Source of the DNA: Bacteroidia bacterium
Lineage (GTDB): Bacteria > Bacteroidota > Bacteroidia > Bacteroidales > VadinHA17
Direction of reading: 5' to 3'
DNA length: 64,000 bases
Assembly (NCBI GenBank): GCA_026391215.1
Contig: JAPLDX010000058.1
Coordinates: 82,119 to 146,118, forward strand
Numbering within the stretch: the stretch's first letter is position 1; every line of letters starts with the position of its first letter. Both the position numbers and the translations under genes were made by a program. Positions 18,277-27,677 of the stretch are shown in pieces. The notes under the pieces were generated by a model. It saw only the letters and a program-made list of their open reading frames with translations, was not told where the DNA came from and did not search any database.

Positions 18277-19257
18277 ATGATTATAGTGACCTGTGCAATA
18301 ATAAGAAATGAAGACAACGAGGTGCTTGTTGTGCAGAGGGGGGAAAAAACAGATCACCCTTTCAAGTGGGAATTTCCCGGCGGCAAACTGCAGGATGGCG
18401 AAACGGAAGAAGAATGCATCATACGCGAAATCATGGAAGAATTGTCGATGGAAGTAGTCATCTGCGGGAAATTTGAAACTGTAGTACATGATTATGGCCA
18501 CAAAAAGATCAAACTTATCCCATTTATTTGCGATACTCTTGATGAATTGCCGGTACTATTGGAGCACGAGGATTTTAAATGGGTATCTTCTGAAAACCTT
18601 GGATCAGTCGATTTATGTGAAGCGGATGTACTTATTGCCGGCAGGTACCTGGAAATTACAGGCAAACAGACACATAAAAAAGAGTCTGAACCGGAAGCTG
18701 ATCAGTCACCGGTGATTGATAAAGAGCTTCGGAAAATGATCAACAATATGATGAGTATGAAGGAAGCCGAGTGGTTAGCAGCTTCAACCGGAGAAAATCC
18801 TGCTCTATTTCAAAAACTGCTCGATTATTCATATAGCACTGACAAAAAGCTTGCTTTCCGCGCTTCATGGATTCTTTCAAAAGTATGTGATAAATTTCCA
18901 GAACTGATATATCCTCATCTTGAAAAGATTACTGAAGAGTTAGACGGAATAGATAATGAGAGCACTCAGCGTTCTTTCTTAAGGATACTTTCCCTTACTG
19001 ACCTTCAAAAAATAAGCGAGCGCCACCATGGTATACTCGCCGACCATTGTTTTAAAGCTCTTAATTCAGGTTTTTCGGCTATTGCAATCAAAGCCTATTC
19101 TATGGAGATCATCTATAAGCTTGCGCTTATCTATCCAGGGTTGGCTAACGAGCTTGCTGCATCTATAAATATGCTTCAGGGTGAGAACTCAGCAGCAGGG
19201 ATTGTGGCCAGGGGCAGGATGATTATGAAACGTATTGCTGAAATCTCAAAATCCTGA
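18277..19257 (+). CDS. MutT-like NUDIX hydrolase fused to a helical (HEAT/ARM-like) domain
   Basis: Nudix box WEFPGGK...GET.EECIIREIMEEL in aa 1-130, followed by a linker and an all-helical C-terminal domain (AFRASW, AIKAYSMEI, AGIVARGR). Confidence 0.8.
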   Translation: MIIVTCAIIRNEDNEVLVVQRGEKTDHPFKWEFPGGKLQDGETEEECIIREIMEELSMEVVICGKFETVVHDYGHKKIKLIPFICDTLDELPVLLEHEDFKWVSSENLGSVDLCEADVLIAGRYLEITGKQTHKKESEPEADQSPVIDKELRKMINNMMSMKEAEWLAASTGENPALFQKLLDYSYSTDKKLAFRASWILSKVCDKFPELIYPHLEKITEELDGIDNESTQRSFLRILSLTDLQKISERHHGILADHCFKALNSGFSAIAIKAYSMEIIYKLALIYPGLANELAASINMLQGENSAAGIVARGRMIMKRIAEISKS

Positions 19258-19316
19258 TCTAAAAAGGACCATATTCAGGTAAAAATAAATTACCTGCTTT
19301 TGATAAGAATTATTTC

Positions 19317-22300
19317 TTAATCCAGGTATATAACTTTTAAGTTTTGGCTCATGCCAGCTCCTGAAAGCCTTATTATGTAAATGCCGCTTTTAGCCAGTCT
19401 GCCAAAGGAATCTTTGCCATCCCATTCTAAAAAGTATTGTCCGGGTTCAAAAACCTGGTCTGTAAGGATTTTCAGCAATCTGCCCTGCAGATCAAAAACT
19501 TCAAGCTTATATCTTCCCGGTCTGTTTACTTCAATGCTGAGGGTAGTGAAATCCCCGAAAGGATTTGGGAAGCAGCTTAATGTAAATCCAGGAGAGCTTT
19601 CATCCGGAGTATTGATATCTGTAAGGAAGTTCCTTTCCCCGGGAGTACCTCCGTCATATCTGGATTTCCAATTTGCTCCAATATTATTATCCTTAAAAGG
19701 ATCAGTCAGTTCAATAGACGCCCCTGTACCATTTGCATCGGTCGGCCAGGGTGCACTGGGAGTGTACTTTACAAAATCAATAAGATTTCCCTGAGAATCA
19801 AACAGGTTGATATCATCCCCCGTACTGCTGAGGCCAAAATCCATATCACCAGTAATATTTTTGATTTTCGGATAAATAAGACTGAATGCCTCAGTTTCAC
19901 GGCAAATAACAACCAGTGTTCCCGGAGCAAGAATTATATCGGAAGGGAGAGAGAAGCCGGATTCCGGACCGGCATCACTGATGATCCAGTCCTTAAGGTT
20001 GACAGATGTATTTCCCGAATTATAAAGCTCAATCCAGTCTTTTGAATCTTTCTCAGGAGAACAGTTATAGTTGATTTCATTTATAACTATTTTATTATCA
20101 GTGCTCTTAGCTGTACCAAACACAGCTCTGAATGTGCCAGGTGTTGCCATATTGAAATCTATTGTCCTTGAATATGAGACGAGACCACTGATATCCCAAT
20201 ACAGGAACTTATTTCCTGCAGTTGGAATTGCGGTGAGTTTTATGGGCACTCCTGAAAAATAAGTACCGTAGAAGGGATATGTATCAGGGATAACCGAATT
20301 CACCTTTACTTTTCCCGAACCGGGGTTGCTGATCTCGATCCTTATTAAAGAACTTCCATTCAGCCCCAGTACTGATTTCATATGATTTCTGCAATAGTTC
20401 GGCCTTTCGGTGGCAAAATCCTTGATTTTTGTAAGATTATTCAACCAATTGCTGTAACTAAGCCCCCAGCGGTTAAGATGGTCGTTTATTTCAGATACAT
20501 ATAATTGTTTAAGTGAATCGACAACAGAAATTACTCTGTCAGAAGCGAAGCTGGTATTTAATCTGTCGGCATACTGGTTTACAAACTCCCTTTTGAAAGA
20601 AGGATTTGACAACAACCTTCTGATCAGTAGTGTTGACCATGGAGGGTTAGGCCAGGAAGGTCCATTCGCAGACAAGGCGAACTCAAGAGTGTTGTATGTA
20701 TATGCTGAACTTTCCCAGATCGAAAAACCGAAATCAGTATCGAAAAGTATCCATCTCCATAGACTGCCTGGTTCATTTGTATTCCAATATTTGATATTGT
20801 TTCCGGGCCAGTCCTTGTTGTTGACATATATCTCTGTCAACTGATACTGAATGAAATTGTTTATATCTATTTGATTGCTGACCTGAAAATACTTCTGTTC
20901 TGTCTCTAGTGTATTCGTATTCAGAAAACTGGTCATCTGAAGATAGGATGCGTTGGTTCCGTCAATAACACCTGCGTTGCTTTCAAGAAGGTTCACATCA
21001 TCAGGATTTACACCATGGTTTTCAGCTATGTAGTTTGTGTTTACTTTTTCACGTAAATTAAGGATACCCCAGTATTCACCGTTTAAATAAACTATGGTTG
21101 GCTGAAATGCCATCCGGTCTATGTCCATTTTACTTACCAGTACCGAAGTCAATCCATCCCTTAGTATTCCCTGATCCCAGTCATTGCCTCCATTTCTGAG
21201 TACAAGCGATTCAAATTCTTCAATAGGCTTATCCTTGAAAAACTTATATTCAAATGAACCTTTTCCATATTGTCGTCGTGCAAACAGTGCCAGAGATTTT
21301 TGAGGCCGGCTTCGTGACCAGGCTCCGAAGATCTTGATGCCTATTCCCTGATCGATTTGCCTGATCCCATTGATATCATAAAATTCCATATGGGCTTTTC
21401 TTTCCCAGTCCTGCCAGAAATTTGCTCCAATATTTGGATTATCACTTGCTGCATTCGGACCCAAAACATATATGCCAGTATAATAATCCCAGAGGTTTTC
21501 AGGATTCGTGCTTATACATACTATCGGTAAGGTATGCATTCTGGTGAAGTACGTGTTTGTCGAAACTGCTCCCGGAAGTTTCAGATAATTCAGAGATCTT
21601 GCCCTTACCACACAATTTTTTGAAATCTGAACAGGTACCGTATAGAGTGAGTCATCCCGGGAAGGTTCAGATCCGTCGAGAGTGAAGTAAATGGTATCTG
21701 CCGGATCGTTGGATGATAGCTGAAGTTCAAAGCTTCCCTGGAAATAGCCTCCCTCAGCGGAGAATTTCACAGAATCGCATTGTGGAAGCGTACTGAAGCC
21801 GTCATAAATATTGCTGCTGCCCGGAGTCGGGGATGCAAAATAAAACATTGTATTTTCTCCATCTGATTTCCGGCCATAGGAAATATCTGCGACCAGCTGA
21901 ACCGGCGATAATGAATCTATTACTGAAGAATCGGGTCCGGAAAGTATTAGAGTCTCACCATCGCTGCTTATTTTAAAATTAGTATGCAATTTATTGCCAT
22001 TGAGCTGAATATAGGGGGGTAAGTCATCAATGTATCCTGCTCCCCTGAATCCAAGGCTTAACATCGGGATCAGGCTGAAATCAGAGGATCCGGAGCCACT
22101 GTTATGACCCTCTATTGCAAGGACATTAACACCCTCGGTAAGGAAGCCGGACGGATCAGATATTTGAAAGTTAACAGGATATCCTCCTCCATACATAGTC
22201 GCTTCTCTATTGCTTGCAGACTGATTAAATGTAACCGTGGATCCTGCTGTCCCAAGATTACTTCTGGCAATCTCATGTCCATTGATGTAGGCTATAAATC

Positions 22301-22850
22301 CATCATCATAATCAATACTAAGGACCACCTCGGAAATATCCCCTGGATCACTTATTGTGAACTCTTTACGGATGAAAACACTTAGGATGCTGCTCAGTAC
22401 TGTTGCATCATCATTATCTCCATAACCAAATCCGCTGGGTCCCGTATTCCAGGCGGTATCATCGAAACCTGTACTTTTCCAGGAATTTCCAATTTCAGAT
22501 GAGGGTACAAAGTATTTCCAGTTCGTACCTCTATAAATGATGGTCTGATAGCTGACTGGAATCACAGTTCTGTTCTTTTCAGATGCAAAGACCAGCAGAA
22601 AAGAATCCGGTTTCAGGATAATTGTCGGTAAAGTCCATTTTTTTAGATTTTGTACATCATCGGAAAGATGATAGCCATCCAGGTTGGTTTCCAGCGAAGA
22701 AGAATTATACAATTCAAGCCAGTCACTATGATCACCATCCTCATCCGTGATCCCATTGAAATTCGACGATGAAAACTCATTTATAAGTACCTGTGAAGAG
22801 AGCTGAGCCGCACAGAATAAAAATAATAAGTTTAACAGAAGGCGACGCAT
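19317..22850 (-). CDS. CotH kinase family protein with lamin-tail domains and a T9SS type-A CTD
   Basis: VLINEF..DWLELYN (LTD, twice), FTLDGSEP, LNGEYWGILNLREK, DWPGNN, FDTDFG, and a CFPNPF...GIYIIRL C-terminus. Confidence 0.9.
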   Translation of the reverse strand: MRRLLLNLLFLFCAAQLSSQVLINEFSSSNFNGITDEDGDHSDWLELYNSSSLETNLDGYHLSDDVQNLKKWTLPTIILKPDSFLLVFASEKNRTVIPVSYQTIIYRGTNWKYFVPSSEIGNSWKSTGFDDTAWNTGPSGFGYGDNDDATVLSSILSVFIRKEFTISDPGDISEVVLSIDYDDGFIAYINGHEIARSNLGTAGSTVTFNQSASNREATMYGGGYPVNFQISDPSGFLTEGVNVLAIEGHNSGSGSSDFSLIPMLSLGFRGAGYIDDLPPYIQLNGNKLHTNFKISSDGETLILSGPDSSVIDSLSPVQLVADISYGRKSDGENTMFYFASPTPGSSNIYDGFSTLPQCDSVKFSAEGGYFQGSFELQLSSNDPADTIYFTLDGSEPSRDDSLYTVPVQISKNCVVRARSLNYLKLPGAVSTNTYFTRMHTLPIVCISTNPENLWDYYTGIYVLGPNAASDNPNIGANFWQDWERKAHMEFYDINGIRQIDQGIGIKIFGAWSRSRPQKSLALFARRQYGKGSFEYKFFKDKPIEEFESLVLRNGGNDWDQGILRDGLTSVLVSKMDIDRMAFQPTIVYLNGEYWGILNLREKVNTNYIAENHGVNPDDVNLLESNAGVIDGTNASYLQMTSFLNTNTLETEQKYFQVSNQIDINNFIQYQLTEIYVNNKDWPGNNIKYWNTNEPGSLWRWILFDTDFGFSIWESSAYTYNTLEFALSANGPSWPNPPWSTLLIRRLLSNPSFKREFVNQYADRLNTSFASDRVISVVDSLKQLYVSEINDHLNRWGLSYSNWLNNLTKIKDFATERPNYCRNHMKSVLGLNGSSLIRIEISNPGSGKVKVNSVIPDTYPFYGTYFSGVPIKLTAIPTAGNKFLYWDISGLVSYSRTIDFNMATPGTFRAVFGTAKSTDNKIVINEINYNCSPEKDSKDWIELYNSGNTSVNLKDWIISDAGPESGFSLPSDIILAPGTLVVICRETEAFSLIYPKIKNITGDMDFGLSSTGDDINLFDSQGNLIDFVKYTPSAPWPTDANGTGASIELTDPFKDNNIGANWKSRYDGGTPGERNFLTDINTPDESSPGFTLSCFPNPFGDFTTLSIEVNRPGRYKLEVFDLQGRLLKILTDQVFEPGQYFLEWDGKDSFGRLAKSGIYIIRLSGAGMSQNLKVIYLD

Positions 22851-22867
22851 TTTCTTATCTGTTTTGC

Positions 22868-23074
22868 TCAGAATTTTAATTGATTGATCCAGTCAGCATT
22901 GTTACCACCTGATCTCAGAGCTTTCTCAATAGCCTTAAGATTTTCATCTGCGGCTCCTGCACTGATCCTTCCAAACCAGGAACCTGTAACAGATTGTTTG
23001 TCAACAACATTCTGACCAATAATAAACTCCGAAATCAGAATAGCTGTAGCAAGAACAAAAAGAAGTTTTTTCAT
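22868..23074 (-). pseudogene. Internally deleted remnant of a secreted alpha/beta hydrolase
   Basis: 68 aa: a signal peptide and VTGSWFGRISAGA, joined to ADENLKAIEKALRSGGN, joined to ADWI. These segments are recognisable as the N-terminus and C-terminal pieces of roughly 450-aa Bacteroidota alpha/beta hydrolases. Confidence 0.6.
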
Positions 23075-23186
23075 CGATTTCAGATTATTGGCTAAAATTA
23101 ACTCTTTTCCTTTTTAAACCTCCTTTAACTGCCTTCAACTTTTCAACTTCTTTTCGTACTTTAGCAAATCTTTTATCATTGTCCAA

Positions 23187-23792
23187 ATGCGAACAATAGA
23201 CACCAGGGGGCAGCAGTGTCCTGTACCAATAATAGCCACAAAAAAAGCTTTAAAAGAGACGAAGACAGGAGAAGCATTTAAAGTATTGGCAGATAGCCTG
23301 ACAACCTTAAATAACCTTACCCGTTTCTTAAAGGACAATAAAACAGAATTCTCAGTTGAGGAATCGGCAGGTGTATGGACCCTGACAATTAAAAAAGGAG
23401 CTGGTGATTTTGTTCAGGCAGAAGCTGATGATTATTTTATACCTCATTTTTCGAGGGGTGAATTTGTAGTTGCATTCACATCCGATAAAATGGGAACCGG
23501 AGATGATGAGCTTGGTAATTTACTGATGGTCAATTTCATAAAAGCAATTAAGGAACTTGATGTTCTGCCGGCTAAAATGGTATTCTACAACAGGGGAATC
23601 ATGCTTGGTAAAGATGATTCTCATGTTATAGAACATCTGAGGGAGATTGAAAAGATGGGAGTGAAGTTACTGCTATGCGCTACTTGTGTCAACTTTTATT
23701 CGCTTGCAGAAAAGATACATATCGGAACCCTGAGCAACATGTACGAAATTGCACAGACAATGGCATCAGCCACAAATGTTATTAAACCCTGA
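23187..23792 (+). CDS. yedF: Selenium metabolism sulfurtransferase-like protein YedF (TusA + DsrE domains)
   Basis: IDTRGQQCPVP (TusA); MGTGDDELG, CATC and GTLSNMY (DsrE-like). Adjacent to selD. Confidence 0.9.
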   Translation: MRTIDTRGQQCPVPIIATKKALKETKTGEAFKVLADSLTTLNNLTRFLKDNKTEFSVEESAGVWTLTIKKGAGDFVQAEADDYFIPHFSRGEFVVAFTSDKMGTGDDELGNLLMVNFIKAIKELDVLPAKMVFYNRGIMLGKDDSHVIEHLREIEKMGVKLLLCATCVNFYSLAEKIHIGTLSNMYEIAQTMASATNVIKP

Positions 23793-23794
23793 TA

Positions 23795-24835
23795 ATGAAG
23801 ATTGATCTTCTTCAAATGGTTGAGGTTGGCGGGTGCTCTGCAAAGATACCTCCTGAACAGCTTGAGGAAATACTCAAATATCTGCCTCTCCCTGAAGATC
23901 CCAATATTCTTGTAGACATTGATACTCATGACGATGCTGGTGTCTATAAGGTTAATGATGATCTTGCCCTGGTGTTCACAACCGATTTCTTCCCGCCGGT
24001 CTGCAGTGATCCGTACGAATTCGGACAAATAGCTGCAGCCAACTCAATCAGCGATGTATATGCCATGGGCGGACGACCTGTTATTGCCCTCAATATAATG
24101 ATGTTCCCGGCTTCAAAGATGCCGCTGGAAGCATATATAGATATATTGAGAGGAGGAGCTGATATGGCAGCCACAGCCGGTGTAAGGATTATCGGCGGAC
24201 ATACTATTGACGACAATCCTCCTAAATACGGGCTGGCGGTCATCGGATATGTACATCCCCGGAGGATCATTACTAATGCCGGTGCAAGACCAGGTGATTC
24301 AATGATACTTACAAAGCCAGTTGGAACAGGAGTTATCCTTGCCGGTCAGAGACTAAAAATGGCAAGTGAAAAAGATATCACTGAAGCTAAAAGGATCATG
24401 AAGCTTCTTAATAATTCTGGCGCTGAGGTGATGAAGAAGTACGATATCAGGGGAGCTACTGATGTCACGGGTTTCGGTCTTGCAGGACACGCACTTAAAA
24501 TGGCGAAAGCAAGTAATGTATCTATTACACTTAATGTGAAACGGGTGCCGCTTATCGGAAAGACTTATGATCTTGTAGACCAGGGATGTATACCCGGGGC
24601 TGCATTCCGAAACCTGGAATATGCTGAACCAGATACCCGGTTTGCATCAGATCTGGATTATAATCTGAAAATGATCGCTTTTGATGCCCAGACCTCAGGG
24701 GGTCTTCTGATATGCGTACCTAATGATTCAAAAGATAAAGTTATTTCAGGTCTTAAAAAAGCAGGTCTTGATAATAGTTCCATAATAGGATCAGTTAATG
24801 ATTATGAAGATAGATTCTTATATTTAAACAATTAA
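23795..24835 (+). CDS. selD: Selenide, water dikinase (Cys-type)
   Basis: GGCSAK, DDAGVY, TTDFFPP, AANSISDVYAMGG, GGHT, TDVTGFGLAGH and DAQTSGGLL. Confidence 0.96.
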   Translation: MKIDLLQMVEVGGCSAKIPPEQLEEILKYLPLPEDPNILVDIDTHDDAGVYKVNDDLALVFTTDFFPPVCSDPYEFGQIAAANSISDVYAMGGRPVIALNIMMFPASKMPLEAYIDILRGGADMAATAGVRIIGGHTIDDNPPKYGLAVIGYVHPRRIITNAGARPGDSMILTKPVGTGVILAGQRLKMASEKDITEAKRIMKLLNNSGAEVMKKYDIRGATDVTGFGLAGHALKMAKASNVSITLNVKRVPLIGKTYDLVDQGCIPGAAFRNLEYAEPDTRFASDLDYNLKMIAFDAQTSGGLLICVPNDSKDKVISGLKKAGLDNSSIIGSVNDYEDRFLYLNN

Positions 24836-24851
24836 AGATCATCACTCTATA

Positions 24852-25988
24852 ATGGCAACAAATTTAGAAAAGACAGGTATAAGCAATAGTATTCAGGGTT
24901 TGACCAGTCTGATAGGAAACACCCCGCTTTTTGAAATTGAGTTCCTCTACAAAGGGATACCAGGAAAGGTATTTGCCAAAGCGGAATATCTTAATATAAC
25001 AGGGAGTATTAAAGACAGGATGGCCATTCATATTATGCGTGAAGCCTACCGGAAAAATATTATTAAACCTGGTGACAGAATAATAGAGGCAACAAGCGGA
25101 AATACAGGTATAGCCTTCGCTGGAGTCGGGAGAGCCCTTGGTCACCCGGTAACTATTTTTATGCCCGACTGGATGAGTGATGAACGTAAAAACCTTATAA
25201 GAAGCTTTGGCGCTGATATTGTCCTTGTTAGTAAGGCAGAAGGAGGATTTATAGGCAGCATAAATCGTACCCGGGAGATGGCAGCCTCAGGTCCAAATAA
25301 TTTTCTTCCCAGACAATTCGAAAATGAAGATAATGCCATGGCTCACTACACAACCACCGGACCTGAGATCTGGTGGCAAATGAGGATGCATGGTTTAAAA
25401 ACTGATGCATTCGTCGCCGGCGTCGGAACCGGCGGGACAATAATGGGGACAGGCCGTTATCTGAGGGAAATGAATCCGGCAGTGAAACTATACCCCCTGG
25501 AACCATCTAATTCACCAACTATGTCGACGGGTTATAAGGTTGGAACCCACAGGATCCAGGGAATCTCGGATGAGTTTATTCCCGCATTGATCCATCTTGA
25601 TGAACTTGACGAAATAGTTTCTGTCGATGATGGCGATTCAATAATCATGGCTCAGAAACTTGCATGTGAACTTGGAATTGCAGTTGGAATATCATCGGGA
25701 GCAAATTTCCTGGGTGCTGTGATGAAACTTATGGAGCTCGGGCCTGGAGCAAATGTTGTTACTGTATTTTCTGATGATAACAAAAAGTATCTCAGTACAG
25801 GCTTGATGAAAAAAGAACCTGTAAAACAGGAATTTCTTTCAACTGATATTATGTTGAAATCATTTAAAGCACTTAAGAGGAACTGTGTAACATGCTGTAA
25901 TCCAACTGAATGCAAAGAAAATGTCAATCCTGAAATAATCAATGAGATCAGTTTTCCGTCATGTTATCTGCGATCACTGAAGAGATAA
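24852..25988 (+). CDS. PLP-dependent cysteine synthase family protein with a Cys-rich tail
   Basis: GNTPL, TGSIKDR (PLP Lys), EATSGNTG, GVGTGGT, HRIQGI and GISSGAN; tail CVTCCNPTEC...C. Confidence 0.9.
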   Translation: MATNLEKTGISNSIQGLTSLIGNTPLFEIEFLYKGIPGKVFAKAEYLNITGSIKDRMAIHIMREAYRKNIIKPGDRIIEATSGNTGIAFAGVGRALGHPVTIFMPDWMSDERKNLIRSFGADIVLVSKAEGGFIGSINRTREMAASGPNNFLPRQFENEDNAMAHYTTTGPEIWWQMRMHGLKTDAFVAGVGTGGTIMGTGRYLREMNPAVKLYPLEPSNSPTMSTGYKVGTHRIQGISDEFIPALIHLDELDEIVSVDDGDSIIMAQKLACELGIAVGISSGANFLGAVMKLMELGPGANVVTVFSDDNKKYLSTGLMKKEPVKQEFLSTDIMLKSFKALKRNCVTCCNPTECKENVNPEIINEISFPSCYLRSLKR

Positions 25989-26051
25989 GATTACTTTAGT
26001 CTAAAGCTTAAGGGAAGTAAGAAAGAACATAAAAACAAATCATCTGTAAAA

Positions 26052-26891
26052 ATGAGAACAAGGGCATTTATTCTGTTTAACCTCTTATTCCTGCTTATAA
26101 TTGTCCCGACGCAGGGGCAGGAATATAAGTATCTGGAAGCACCAGTAGTTGGAATAACTTCTGATAATGGCATTGAAACACCGGTGACGGTCAGAGTGAT
26201 TTATGACAATTATGTTAAAACCAACGGATTAGAGTCAGACTGGGGCTTTGCAATTCTGATTGAAGGACTGGAAAAGACAATTCTTTTTGATACCGGTACA
26301 AAGCCTGATATTTTTACATCGAACTTTAAAAAAATGGGACTTGATGCTGCAAAGATAGATTTCCTGGTTATCTCACATGAACATGGCGATCATACCGGAG
26401 GGATAGCTTCATTTGTTGAAATGAAGAAGGATATACCGGTTATTATTCCATATTCATTTTCAGATAAATTTAAAAAGAGGATGTCTGAACTCAGACTGGA
26501 GCCTCTCCTGGTTAAAGAATCTGCGAAGATCTGTGAAAACCTGTATACTTCAGGTGAGTTTGACTACCAGATAGCTGAGCATGCTCTGGTGCTGAATACT
26601 AAGAAGGGGCTGGTAGTTATGACAGGATGTTCACATCCCGGAATAGTTGAGATGCTAAAAGAAATCAAGACGACATTTAACAAGAATATCTACATGGTTT
26701 TCGGAGGGTTCCATCTGTTACAGAAATCTGATAAGGAGATGAATAAAATATTATCTGAAATGAAAACGCTTGGAGTCGTTAAGTGCGGAGCTACCCACTG
26801 CACAGGAGAAAAACAGATCCGGATGTTCAAGGAAGCATTCGGAGAAAACTACTTTGAGCTGGGAGTCGGGAATATAGTAACAATTGAATAA
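26052..26891 (+). CDS. MBL-fold metallo-hydrolase (exported)
   Basis: Signal peptide, LFDTG, SHEHGDHTGG, GCSHPG, GGFHL and HCTG. Confidence 0.88.
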   Translation: MRTRAFILFNLLFLLIIVPTQGQEYKYLEAPVVGITSDNGIETPVTVRVIYDNYVKTNGLESDWGFAILIEGLEKTILFDTGTKPDIFTSNFKKMGLDAAKIDFLVISHEHGDHTGGIASFVEMKKDIPVIIPYSFSDKFKKRMSELRLEPLLVKESAKICENLYTSGEFDYQIAEHALVLNTKKGLVVMTGCSHPGIVEMLKEIKTTFNKNIYMVFGGFHLLQKSDKEMNKILSEMKTLGVVKCGATHCTGEKQIRMFKEAFGENYFELGVGNIVTIE

Positions 26892-26928
26892 AAGAGTTTT
26901 ATATATTGCGGTCTTTAATCAAAAGTTA

Positions 26929-27612
26929 ATGAAAAGACTTTTATTTATGCTCATTGGATTGACAGGATTTGTCACTGCCTGGTCCCAGTCATTCATACTG
27001 CCGAACTATGGACTAAAAAGCCCTGAGACATTGGAAATCAGCAAGATAGAAGCTACCTCCAGTAGTACAGCTTTTTATATGAGTATTGAGAATCGGATAC
27101 AGAACGGTTTTTTCTGTGCTGATAAAAATATATATATGATCTACCCGGATGGTTCACGGAGCAAGCTTGTAACTGCAAGCAATATCCCGGTTTGCCCTGA
27201 TACTTATAAGTTTAAAACAAGTGGAGAAAAGCTTGATTTTGTGCTTGTTTTTCCTCCTCTTAAAGCTTGGACCGCATGGATAGACCTTGTTGAGGAATGC
27301 AATGAAAACTGTTTTTCATTTTACGGGGTAACACTCGACAATGTGCTGAATAAACAGCTTGACGATGTTTTCGATAAGGCTTCAAAAGGAAAACCTGCAG
27401 ATAATATTGTTCTTTTTGAATCTCTTCTTGATAGTATTGCCAGTCAGAATCTTGGAATTGAAGGATTGCTTTATATAAACATAATAGAGGCGGCCATTGA
27501 GGAATCGGATAAAGTCAACATAATTGTCTGGTACAAAAGGTTAGCTGCATCAGATGCCCCGGGATTAAGCCATTATCTTAAATATCTTAACGACAAGGGT
27601 ATAAAGTATTAG
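26929..27612 (+). CDS. Exported hypothetical protein
   Basis: Signal peptide MKRLLFMLIG..AWSQ from ATG 26929; beta-rich N-domain with Cys pairs and a helical C-terminus. Confidence 0.7.
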   Translation: MKRLLFMLIGLTGFVTAWSQSFILPNYGLKSPETLEISKIEATSSSTAFYMSIENRIQNGFFCADKNIYMIYPDGSRSKLVTASNIPVCPDTYKFKTSGEKLDFVLVFPPLKAWTAWIDLVEECNENCFSFYGVTLDNVLNKQLDDVFDKASKGKPADNIVLFESLLDSIASQNLGIEGLLYINIIEAAIEESDKVNIIVWYKRLAASDAPGLSHYLKYLNDKGIKY

Positions 27613-27624
27613 TATGTGTCAATT

Positions 27625-27657
27625 AAAAAGGCTGATCCGGATTGGATCAGCCTTTTT
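27625..27657. terminator. Bidirectional intrinsic terminator
   Basis: AAAAAGGCTGATCC-ggatt-GGATCAGCCTTTTT between convergent genes. Confidence 0.9.
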
Positions 27658-27677
27658 CTAAAAGGTGGGATTTTATC

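Noticed and set aside
19317-22850. Sporulation gene
   Set aside because: CotH-kinase/LTD proteins with a T9SS CTD are common secreted proteins in non-sporulating Bacteroidota.
23795-23850. Selenocysteine (UGA) recoding in selD or neighbouring genes
   Set aside because: The SelD active site is TGC (GGCSAK). The TGA-ending genes I checked (yedF, apbE, hsdR_N, NUDIX, moeA) end at normal family lengths.
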